Source: Thalia democratica (lineage: Eukaryota). Taken from it: a stretch of 64,000 bases of DNA. The DNA lies in NCBI GenBank assembly GCA_965202585.1, contig OZ241827.1, forward strand, positions 58,032,001-58,096,000. The letters are read 5' to 3'. Shown in pieces: positions 10,104 to 22,500 of the stretch (positions are counted from its first letter, which is position 1; the number at the start of each line of letters is the position of its first letter). The notes under the pieces are model-generated. The model worked only from the letters and a program-made list of their open reading frames with translations. It was not told where the DNA came from and did not search any database. The position numbers and the translations under genes were made by a program.

Positions 10104-13086
10104 ATATCAAAAACTAGTTGTGACCCCAAAACTGAATTTGAATGCACATCCGGCAGTATAAAGTGCATTCTAAGAAGTTCTGTAAACGACCACGTGAGAG
10201 ATTGCAGTGATGGATCGGACGAAAATGTTACAAACTTTGACTGTTTTGAGTTTGAGATTAAGTGTAGATGTAAGATTAAGTGTAGAATAAATAGATGTAT
10301 TTCTTATGATAAGGTAAAAGATGGTAAACAAGATTGTTTAAGTAACAAAGACGAAAATGTGTTTATACATAACTGCTCTCATAGTCAGTTATTTTTGTGT
10401 TTAGACCATAGCAGATGCTTACCAAAAAGATTACAGTGTAATGGAGTTATAAACTGCATTGATGGATCTGATGAAATAGAAGGGTGTAAAAACTATACAA
10501 CTTTTGGACGATATTTTTTATTAAACGAAACTATTGTATACGATTTGTCTAATTTTGTAGTTATTTTTACAAATGAAAGCTTCACTGATATAATAAATGT
10601 CGACCAAAGTAAAATGTTAAAGAGAACTAAATTATTTTTCAAAAGTAATAACTTTGGTTTAAAATGCAAAACAATGATGTTTAACGATTTATTTCCAAAA
10701 CGTGAAGCTGACTTTATAACACCCTACCTTAATATAGTACCTCAACCAACTCGAAAACTATCTAATAAGTCGTTCTGTGCTTATGAGGAAGACAAGTGTT
10801 TTGACCAAATTGGAAATTTCTACTGTTTTCGATGTTTTGATGGCACAATTATTCTTAAACGTCAAGTATGTGATGGAGTAATAGATTGCCCTGACTTATC
10901 TGATGAATGCCCTTGTGAAGCATCTGAAGTTAAGCAGCAGCTATGTGACGTGTTTTACAGCAACAACAGGTTGTACAGCAGACAATTTGATTTTGATATC
11001 ATTTGTAATTTAGAGATTGACTTGCCAGGTGGTATTGATGAAAAATTTTGCAATACTGCAATTAAAGTTAAAAGGTCGAGTGTGGTAAAATGTGCTCATG
11101 GTAAAACAGCTTTTAATAGTTCAGTAAAAGTATTATCAAACCATTATTTTCTTGTAGCTATATTCTTTTCCGGCCTTTTTCCAAATCCTGGTCCAAATCG
11201 TTGCTATCACTCAAATAAAAACAAATATGTATTTAAAAGTCAAAAACTGTATACTTTATCAAATGAATACGGACTAACCTCAAATGGTATTTTTGAGTGC
11301 CCTTACTTAGAAGATGAGTGCTCACAAGAACACTTTCTTACTTCTATATTCGGAAAACATACATGTTATTACACTAAGTTGTATCGTTTCATTAGGTGTT
11401 TTAGTTTTCTTTTCAAAAACTTAGAAGTGTTTTCTATTACCGGTATACTAAACGAAGATGGTTTAGCTCCTGACAAAACATTTTATTTTATTGATTTAGT
11501 TTTGTACAATATTCCTCTGAGTAATGCTAAAAAAGCATCCGATATTGAAGTATCTTTAAATAATCAAAGTTTCATGTTTTCATTCACAAACAAACCACGA
11601 AACTTGAGTTTTGTATTTGATGAAAAAGATTTGTACGGAACATGCAAAAATAACTTACTGGACTGCCCATGGTTTTTCAGGTGTGAATCTAACGAACTTA
11701 TTGACATTTAAAAAGTATGTGATTTAGTGTATGACTGTAAAGATCAGTCTGATGAAAAATATTGTTCTAATTTAACTCATTTTAATTGTACTGAAGGCTT
11801 TCCCGTTTCAATAGACAGAAAAAAAGTCAATGATGATGAGTTAGATTGTGACGATTATTCCGACGAGTGTAAGGAAAATCCGATTAGTTCATCAAAAGAA
11901 ATGATAAAAAACTCAGTTTTAAACAAATTTATTTGGTATACTTTAACAGGAATACTTCTATTTAATACAATAGTAATAGTTAAAAATTTAAAAAAATTAA
12001 GTTGTATTAGTAATAAGCACTCAGCAAAGTATTATAATTTGGTATTTGTTTTGAACTTATCGTTTTTTGACATTATTTTTGGATTTGTTCTTAGTGCAAT
12101 AGCAGTCTCATCAAACAAGTTTTCAGGAGTTTATTGCACAAAAGATCTTGAATGGCGATCAAGTTCAAGTTGTAACGGAATAGGGGCTTTAACATTAATC
12201 TCTTCTCAGACTTCTTTAAACATTCTAGTAGCAATGACAGGTTTTAGACTGTATACTGTTTATAAACCTTTTAGAATTTTAGACGTTGAAAATACCAGAG
12301 TGATATTTGTCATGATAGTTTGTTGGGTTATTCCAATATTAATATCGTTAATACCAATAACTTTTAAAAAGGAATTTACGCAGGAGTTTATTATATCAAG
12401 CAATTTATTTTTTTCAAACAAATTTGTTAACCGAATTGTTAAACCAAACGAGTTATTAAAATTAGCTGAAAACATTGAGAATGTTTGGACAGCTTCCATG
12501 ACAAACGATATACCACCTTCAGAAAGCATTTATGAAATCAGGGATTTGAATAAATGGTATTTCAATTCAGAAACGTTTAAAAATCGGTATCCAAACACCA
12601 GTATTGATATCAAAAAAGTTTTTGGATTTTATAGCTCTTCTGCTGTGTGCCTACCTGACTTTTATTCAGGTTCTTCTTTTATTTCAAAGTATAATGTAAC
12701 TTTGATGAGTTTTAATTTGCTGCTAGTTACTTTTATCTCAATCGGGTACGTCTTAATTTTATAAAAATAAAGTCAACTAACACTGAGAAACTTTCTGAAA
12801 ACAAGTCTAAAAAAGAAAAAACTATGCTTTGGAGAGTATCTCTAATTGTAGCAACAGACATAGTTTGCTGGCTACCTATAATTTATTTTCTTTTAGAAGT
12901 TTTCTTGGATACCAAATTCCTGACATTGTACATTCAATAACATCAATAGTTCTCTTACCAATCAATAGTTTACTTAATCCGGTTATCTATTCAAAACTAG
13001 ATGTTCTTTTGGTCAAAACTGTTAAGAGTCTGCTTACAAAATTTAATACACAAAAAGCAACAACTAAAAAAGTAAACAAGTTCTAG
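10104..13086 (+). pseudogene. Main exon of a multi-LDLa, LRR-less class A GPCR (LGR type C / GRL101 / RXFP-like 7TM); disrupted by one stop and two frameshifts
   Basis: About 8 LDLa-like modules (e.g. CDPKTEFEC..VRDCSDGSDE; CNGVINCIDGSDE; CDGVIDCPDLSDEC; CDLVYDCKDQSDE). 7TM motifs typical of LGRs: NLSFFDIIFG, CNGIGALTLISSQTS, GFYSSSAVCLP, LIVATDIVCWLPI, LLPINSLLNPVIYS. In-frame TAA at 11709-11711; 1-bp losses in T runs at about 12757-12760 and 12882-12884. Acceptor at 10104 (phase 0) or 10118 (phase 2). Confidence 0.85.
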
Positions 13087-16035
13087 TGAAAAAGTTACAA
13101 CTGTTTCAAGCTTATGATTTTTCAATAAAGTTCTAAACTTTTTTTGTCATAGAGGTATTTTTCCATACGTGTTATTCTTATTTTGAAATTACTCTAAAAA
13201 ATTAAGCTGAAAATTTTTAAGAAAAACTTTCATAGTAGTTAGAGTTTTGACTTGGCTTTTAATTAGTATTATAAAAAGTAGTTAAGTATTTGATTTATTC
13301 TTGTCTTACAAACTTATGTATAAAAACTTAAAATGAAAATATTTTATTAAAATACTAAGAATTTCATTTTTTGCAAATGTTTAAGGATTTTATGTTTTAT
13401 GTTGGAAAGAAACACTTTACTAAAAGAAAGTTTAGTATTACAATATTAAACTAAGTCAAATAATTCACTTATGATAATATAATTTTTTTAGTAATTAATT
13501 TTTCAAGTATTTTCTGTCATTGGTTGTGTTAAACTTATGAAGTGTTATAAAATGAGATCATTTTAAACGATATAACTTACATTTTTTGTGCTTTACAAAT
13601 AAAAATTTAACCAAGTTTAAAACAAGTTAAAAAAATGTTAATAAAATACTTTATGTTATAATACTGTATTAAACTGTAACTTTTATATTTTTTTCTGTGA
13701 GAAGTCTAGTCTTTATTTTAAAAACCTTTTAAGTTGTTAAATGTCAATTAATTAGTTTAATTGTTTTAAAACTTATGTTACAAACAATTAAGCACTTAAG
13801 TGTGATCTTAACAATAAGTAATAAGATTGAAAAATTTTACAACCGTATTTTTATCTAACATTATTTTTGCTTTATTTTTTTGTACCTTTTTCATTGAAAT
13901 AAAATAAAGTTTAGTAGTTGATGCTTTTTTTTTTTTACTAAATATCAATACTAAAATTATTAAAAAATTATATTATATTGCAGAAAAAAACTAGAAATAG
14001 ATAAACATGGTAATTTTTAATTTTTTGTTAGTTAAAAAACTCAGCAGCAAAGTATATATTTTTAAATTAAAATTAAAATAGTAACTAATACTTTTAATAT
14101 CACATCAAGTAAATTAGAAATAAAATGCTTTTTATCATTTCGAAAATGTTAGTTTAGATTTATAAACAATTAATTAAAAATAACAGTTTCGATATATTTT
14201 CTTTAACAAATTATAATTTAGTTATCGAGCGTAAAACAATAACGTTTTTCTTTTGTTTACTCTAGCAAAAAATTAAATATCTGTTAACAAAAGCTTCAAA
14301 TATTTTTCAACTTGTTTAAAACATTAAAAAATTATTGATAAAAAAAAGCTTGTTTCAGTACTTAAAAAGTAATCAAAAATAACTTTATTAATTAAGTCTT
14401 AAAATAAAGTACTTTATTTAAAGTATTCTGGCTTAAAAGTTGTTAGTATTATAGTTTAACTTGGTTTATGTTAATTTGTATAAAGCGCATTGTTTAATCT
14501 TTAATCAAGTTTTGCAAGGCCATTAGCCTTCTTTAAACAAATTTATTTTTATCTTTTGCAGATGTATAAACATTTTATTGTTTAAAAATTTAAATTAGTA
14601 CAGAAAAACAAATTTTGAAGTTTAGTTGTATCTTAACAAAATTTAAACTTAGTTTAATTAATAAAATATTTTTTTAAATAAAATATTTTTTTTTAATGAA
14701 AGAACTCGCAAAAAACATGACTATTGTTTCAAGTCTGTCAAATAATTCGAAATTTAAACTAAAACTAAAAAAAAACAAGAAAATAGCATATAATTCTATA
14801 AATTTTAAAGTATGTTAACTAATTTCTACAGCACCAATATATATACAAAAATAATATTTTTGTTCCGCCCAAAAACTTACTTCTAGTACAAACTTTTACT
14901 AATCTTTATTAAAAAATGTTATATATTTTGAAACGTTTTTCTAAGTTCATGTTTTAAAACAAATATTATTAACAAGTTTTTTGTGATTTAGTTGAAAATC
15001 GTTACAAAAATTTATAATTACCAATAACATTAGTTATAGTTTCAAGCAACTTGTACTTAAATTTATGCAATTTTAGATCGTATAACTAATTATTAAAAAT
15101 TTTAAAGTCTGATATCTAAATGATTGTACAATTAAAAAGTTGTAGTATTCTAAACATCAAATTAAAACTTATGTTTTTGTTTTTATACAACGGAATTAAA
15201 AATATTATGATATTTGTTTTTTTAATTAGCTTTATTCTAGGCAGCATACAAACAGGCAATAAAAAATTAATTGTGTGTAAAAATCAATAAAAACTCAGCT
15301 TAAAATACTTCTTTTAAAAATATATAAAACATAAATAAACAAAAAAAAAAAGACTTCATTTTTAGAACAACTAAAATCTTATTTATTGTTCATTAAATCA
15401 TCAAAAGCAACTTCACTTTTCGTTTAACATTTTCCTCTTAAGATTTATTATTGACTAAAAGTTTTAGAAACTTTTATCTCTTTAAAGTTATAAACTTGCT
15501 TTCATGAGAACCAGCAATATAATCTTAAGTTAGTTGATAAATGAGTAAAAGTATACAGTATGAGACGGAGGCACAGTTGCTAGACTTTTATAGCTATATA
15601 TTGCCCTTTTATGAGTTTTATAGGAAATTTAAAGTACAAAACATTTTAATTGTTTAGTGTCGCCCCAGAGCTAAGTTTGACTTTCTTTGACTATCAAAAA
15701 TAGCTTACAGTTAAAAATTTACAGTATATTGCTTTTCTCTTACTTTTTTAGTTTATGAAAGTAAACTTTTTCATAACTATATACTTAAATGTAGCTTTTG
15801 CAACCGAAAAACCTGATACTATTTTGTTGGTAATTGAAAAGTTAATTTCAAAATATATTATTTATTAAAGTAGTTACGATTTCCGAATTCACATTTCGTA
15901 AATTCGCACAGTCGGTTAATTTTGCAAAATACGAGTTCGCACTGCTCCTTAAGTTCGCATTTTAAACAAAAACGTTTGTTTAAAATGTATAACTACTTTT
16001 AATATTAAGTTAAATAAATTGAGGTTAAACATATA

Positions 16036-16865
16036 CAGTACACTACCGCTTAAGTACGCAAATTGAACCCGACCAAAAAGTGCGTACTTAGCACAGGTAG
16101 TGCGTACTTTTTGACGATATAGTATAATATGAAATTTAGTTGTTTGTTTTCTTTCTTACAACTAGCCACCAAATAATTAAGCCAAATAAACAAGTCATTT
16201 ATTTTAAATAACATTTAAAACATAATTCTAATTTGCAAATTTTTTAATAGATTTTAAAATGATTTATTTTTTTTATAAAAAGCTTCTACATAATTAATAC
16301 ATACATTTAATATAGAAAGTCAATGTCAGTCAATGATTTTAAAAAAATATTAAGCTACATTTTGTTTTGTTAGAGGGAAAGTACAAAACTACTTTGTGTT
16401 TACCAAACATTTTCAAAACATCAATGTATGTACATTTAAATTAAATTATGACTTAACTATTTTGTATATGTAGGTTTTTTTCACTTTGTCATCTAGATTT
16501 ATTTATTTTATAGCATTACAGCTCAAATATCATTATTCTTTTTACTTTTCTGCAACCACTACATAAGTATTTAGTTTATTAACATTTAATAACAGGACTG
16601 TCTCAATCTCAGGCCACTTGGCCTACTCAGGATTACTCACCCTAGTTTAAAAGTTAACAAAGTATCAGGCTAACTCAGCAGGTTGGCCATTCTACCTGGA
16701 AACATAAAATAATCTGGAGAAACTTGATGATTGAAAATTTAGGCAAAAAAACTGGAATTTCTTGAAGTTCTAGTATAACATCCTTTACTTTGTCTTTCTG
16801 GATAAGTGTGTACTTAAGGCGTGATACGTACCAAAAAAAGTGCGTACTTAAGCGGTAGTATACTG
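16036..16865 (+). mobile_element. Non-autonomous DNA transposon (MITE), Tc1/mariner-pogo type, copy 1
   Basis: 25-bp TIRs CAGTA(C/T)ACTACCGCTTAAGTACGCA, TA on both sides, subterminal aagtacgcact repeats, no ORF; 830 bp. Confidence 0.9.
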
Positions 16866-19315
16866 TATACTATTTTAAATACAGTCATTTCTTATCAATT
16901 GATTTTTATTTAAGATACTTAAACGAGATATAATAGAAGGAAAGATATCATGTAGAAATTGAATTATGTTAAATAGTCTAATCAACAAAAATTATTCGTT
17001 AGTTCCTATTTTCAGTGGTTTTTTGTAAATTCACTCTTATAAAAAAGTAATAAATAACTAAAATTATAAAAATAAAAAGTTACACATTTATCTTAAAATT
17101 TTATTGAAAACTTACCCCATCAAAAAGCTGTGAAACATATTGTATTCAATTTTTATATTATTTTTAATACTTAAGTTGTTGAACAGTAATTTTAACAAAT
17201 ATAACCTTTTTTAAAAAGTGATGTAACAGTAAAATTTACTTATAAACAAGAAAAAGCATAAAAGCATTTTTTAACATAAGTTGAAGCTGGTGTTATAATA
17301 AATTTTGTTCATCATAATAATGAAAAACAGTACGATTAGAGCTATTAAAAATAAAATACTTCATTGATACTTCTTAAAAATAACTGTTAAAAAATAGAAA
17401 TTAAAAGTACTTAACATTTTGTCTTACAATTAATTTGTTATTAATTTATGTATGAAATTTTTAAAAAATCAAACAATTTGTTCAAATTTACCACTGTTTT
17501 TACAACAGATATTAGTTTATGTGACTAGATAATCTGTAATATATTGATTATTATGAGTAAAATAAAATAAAAGTCAAGCACTAAACAAATTCAAGTTTAT
17601 GTAAACGTCACGTGATAAAGTTACACGTGTCAAGCACGTGTTGTACGTGTTGTTCTTAATCTATTTTATAATAAAATACTTTATAAGAAAACAGTTTCTA
17701 CAAATTAGTCATTTTTTAAATCTATTTCAGTCAAAATATTTAATTTTTAATAGTTTATACTGTTAGTTTTAAGAAATTTTCCAACCTTATTTATATCAAA
17801 TTTATTAGCTAAGTTGAGCTTTAACTTTGCTAATACAGTAAGCTGCCAACTCAGTAAGCACTTCCTAGGTACGAACTGCCGATATGGTACGCAATTTTTA
17901 TCCAAAAAATAAGCTGTGATCAAAAGCTTTTTTCAATGAAAAATTTAAAACCAAACACAAGATGACTATTAAAAAATCATTAAATTATAACATAAAATAT
18001 ACTTAATTAAAATTAAGTTAATTAAAGTTAAACTAGTCAGAATAAAATTATTGACTAATTTATTTCAAATAAAAACCGCTTGTTAAAATAAATATACTGC
18101 AGTCATTTTATTTAAAAACAATAGCAAACATTCGATATAATCTTTTATAACCTACGATCAAAATATAGGAATAAAAAAAGATTGATAAACGAAAATAATG
18201 AACACTTCAATTAGCATTTACATATACAATGATTAAAGTATAAATGTAAAAAACGTTTAAAAATAAAATCTAGAATAGAATTTAGACAAACAAAAACAAT
18301 GAACAGTGCAATTTGACAATTTATATACCCATGATTGCAACATAAATGTAGAAGCGTATAAATAAGCCAAGTTAACGAAAATAAAATAAAAGCTATTGAC
18401 ATTTTTAAAACTTTTGATTGAAATATAAACTTCAAAAGATTTTACTTAATACTCGTTTGTAAACTTTAGTGGCATTTAACGTGTTTGTATAAGGCTTAAT
18501 GATAGAAATTAAAGACAAAAATTTCCCAGGTACCCATTTCGCGCTGTGTTCAACGTGGGGTTGTGACTGAATTAGCAGACAGTTAACGTTTTATGTATAA
18601 TAACAGTTTGATTTTAGAAAAGTATAAAATAAAACTAAATAAAATGCAAACTTACAATCTTATGCTATACTAAACGTAAGAAGTACTTTAAATAAAACAC
18701 ATCTGTTTAGGATATAAGCAGTTTATTGGGCAGTGAAATGAAATGTAAGAGTAAAAGAAAACAAAATATGATTTGTTTGGATCAAAATAGTATGATAAAC
18801 AAAAAATAAAGAGTTTAATATCTTAGAAACAAAAAGTACTTTTAGATTTACGAAACTAATTATATTCATAAAATCATAACTACTGAGATTTAAAGCTAAT
18901 TTAGTTAGCTTATCGTTTGCTTTAAAGGAAAAGGCTGTTTCGATAAACAATTGAAGAAAATTAAAAAAAGTTATTTTAAGTAGCAGCACACTAAACAAGA
19001 AACACAAGTAAATTTCTATAACTAAGTTAAATAAGAAACTAATTAGGACTATAACACCTTTTAGAATTTAAAGGCAGTGTTTATTAACTTTAATAGTTAA
19101 ACTTTCGTCAGAATAAAATCCTTATAATGCATTAAAAAAAGGTTCAGCAAATTTTAATGCTTTCACATTTAAAATGCTTAAAGTGTCATAACTCAAAACT
19201 ACCATTAACTACAGCTTCAAAAACTTATAGAAATAAAAGTAAAGTAAATTTACATAAATAAAATATGCTTATGATATTTCTTGGTCATTTCTATAAAATT
19301 AAAATTAAAAAATAT

Positions 19316-19556
19316 CTAAATTTTTCCCTGCACCCTCACAAGATTTTCGCTGCAGGGGATTATGTTGCATGGGGCGGAAACCTGAGGCCGTTTCGTCGCT
19401 AGGCAACGCCCCCTGGCGGTCTGCTTTGGCCTGCCCTTGTAGTAGCAGCCAAGAATTCTCGTTTTTATGCCATGGCTGCCGCATGTTGCCGAGCAAACGG
19501 ACCAGGGACTCGGTCTCCAAACTGGCTGACATCGGATGTTTGGACAGCTTTGTTTC
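19316..19556 (-). CDS. ADAMTSL E33 (TSP1 #13; last exon found)
   Basis: [17 protein letters not shown]...CNIIPC; in-frame TAG at 19318-19316; a possible GTGAGG donor follows 19340. Confidence 0.85.
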
Positions 19557-22500
19557 CTGGTGAAAATGCTTTGTTATAACATTTTTAGTTTTTACTTATA
19601 AAAATATTGTGTTAACAAGAAAGATGTGAAGTATCTTTCTTGTTAACACAATATACAATGAAATAAACTGGTTTTAATCGTTAATAAATGACGTATTGTT
19701 TCTGCAGCTTTATTATTACAAACGTACTTTTCTGGTCTCGGCAGGTTTTTGCAGTGGGACTTTTGGACGATTGTGCCGTTGTTAGCCACGCAGTGGACCT
19801 GCCTCAGTTGAATTCCAATTCTGTTTCCGTAACACTTCTTGCTACACTGTTGGTTTGTAACTTAGGTTTCACAAAAAGGTTACTTAGTTAATTTGTTGAT
19901 AAAAAAGAAAGAACTAAAATACATATAAGATTAATTAACCAGCTTTTTTGAACTTTTATACTGAAGCTGTATCAAAAGTAGAATTCTAAAAAACAGGTGA
20001 GTACGATAATTTCAACTCTTCAAAGAAACAACTGAATCTAACCTGTTTCCATGGTTTTGGCTTCCACTCAGGGCACAAGTTACTGAAGCAGGTTTGTCTT
20101 TGTGGCGGAAGTTGCTGGTTGCTATGGCAACTTTCCATGGCAACCTGACGAACAGTTCCGTCTGACATGAGAACCACGCAGGATATTTTTCTGAATCTTG
20201 TTCCATTTCCGCAATCAACTGTACATTTGCTCCATTCGTTTGCGTAATATCTGTAATAACATTTGGTGTTATTACTTTGTTTCTAATAAAGAGGTATTAA
20301 ACGGTTGTTGTAGTACTTGTTAAAGACTTGAACATAACAAATATTTATGTTACTGCTCTTTAAACATAACATTTTAAATGAAAATACGTTAAAAAGTACG
20401 CAATAGTATAGTGCATTAATTTTTGTGGTTTTAAAATGATATTATATGTAAATTTTCTGTAATTTGTGAAAAGCCTAAAATTGGTTACAAAATTTAAACG
20501 TAATGCTTATTGTTAAAAAAAATGTAAAAAAAAAATTATGAGACAAAGTGTAGTTTTAGTTCAAAGTATTCTTTTTTACATAAAAATTAAAATGCGTTAA
20601 AAGTTAAATAAAAACCAGATATGAGTGATTAAGAAGTCAGCACTTGACATTAAAGACCAATTATTTCCTGTAAAATTTTCCTGTAAAAATTAACATGTTT
20701 GAACTCTAATCCGCCTAATCAGGTAATAATTTCTACGACATAAATTTGTTGAAAAATGTCAAAAATGCTATGATTATTTTTCTAACTTCAATTTTTTTTC
20801 ATAAATGTTTTTATAGTTCAGTATTTATAAAGGCATAAAGAAATCGCACGTCATTTTATACGTACTCCGCATGTTTATTAAATATTTTTTCTAGACATAA
20901 ATAAAACTTGTTTTTATATTGTTTGTAGAACAAAAAATAAAAATATTTGTTTGTAATGTACTTGTTTGTATGTTGTTTTAATAAAGTTAAAAATAGTACC
21001 AACTGTGGCGGACAGTCCTGTCTGTTGCAGGGCCAGGTTTCAACTTGCGGCTTGGCCACTCCTTTGCAGTACCAATCGTTCACCGTCCTTACTCCGTCTT
21101 CTATGCACACCAGCTTGTCAGTGATGGTTCCCGCGTTCCCGCACTTTGTACTGCATTCCGTCAACCCCTCCTTTCGGTACTTGTATACTGAAAATAAATA
21201 AGAAAGCTGAGTGCAAGGCAGTTTTTAGGCTTTAGTAGTCTTTATGAAACTTTAATTTTTCAATCAAAAACTTCATATTTTTTGTTTTATAAAGCTTTTT
21301 CAAAAACTTTTAATATAACAAACAATATGTATGTTTGTAAATTATTATGAAAAGTGATATTAACGGTATAAAGCATAACACGAATGTTTAACAATATCAA
21401 CAAAAATTAAAATAAAAAAAAAGTTTGTTTACGTATAATGATAGTAAAAAATACCTTAAAATACAGAAGTTACCTCAAAAGATACCTCAAAAGTATAAAA
21501 CTTCAAAGTAAACTTACTGGTAATTTTCAGTTGAAGACTGGCATCTGCCGATCCTGCTATGTTTGTTCCCTTGCAAGAGTAATCGCCAACTGAAAAGTTG
21601 TTGAAGTTGCTGATTGAAAGAACTTTGTTGTTGTGCATCAGTCTGTATTTAGTCGAATTGTTTGTTGTTTCTATAGCGTTTCCTTTGAACATCCATTCTA
21701 TTGTTAGTTCCGGATACCCAGTCAATGGACAACCTATATGTGTCATTATCTAAACTACTTGTCTTTACTATTTGTTTAATAAGTTTAGTCAATAATATAA
21801 CCTACCCATCATTACAGTAGAGTTCGCTTTAACTCTGTAAATTGGACTATTATAATCGGTTAATAAAAGTTCTGGAAGTCCATTCATTTCGTTTGAGCTT
21901 AGAACTACTCCATCATTTGTAATATGAGGCGGGTCTGTTTATATTATATAACCAGTTTTAAATAAAACTTTAACTTTATATCGACTAAATATCAAAACTT
22001 AAATACATTCAAACGAACTTTAACAATTACAGTACTAAAAAAGATAAAATTCTCTACAGGTACTCTAGAATCAATAATTTAAGGGTACAGTAAGTACTTT
22101 TAATATCAAAACTATTTGATTGAAACTAGTTTGATGAAAGTGAGAGAGAAGTTTTAAGTCACAAAAATTTTATTCATATCCAATTACCTTTTTATTTCTG
22201 ATAAATAGTTTTGTGGTAGAACTGTAATTAGATGTAGCTATTCTAAGTATAAGCTGTAACTTTGTTTTTTGAAAACAAACTAGTTATAGTTGATGTTGTA
22301 AAGCTAATAAAAATTTATATTTAATAATTATTTTACATTACGGTGTTTTTGAAGATATGCTAATAGTTACAAATTTTAAAGCAGTTTATATTTATACTCA
22401 CCAATAATTTCTAGTATGGTTGCTTGGTAAGAGCTACCAAAGGGGTTTGTTGCTAAGCAACTAAAATGTCCCGTATCAGTTAAAGTAGTGGGAAATATTT

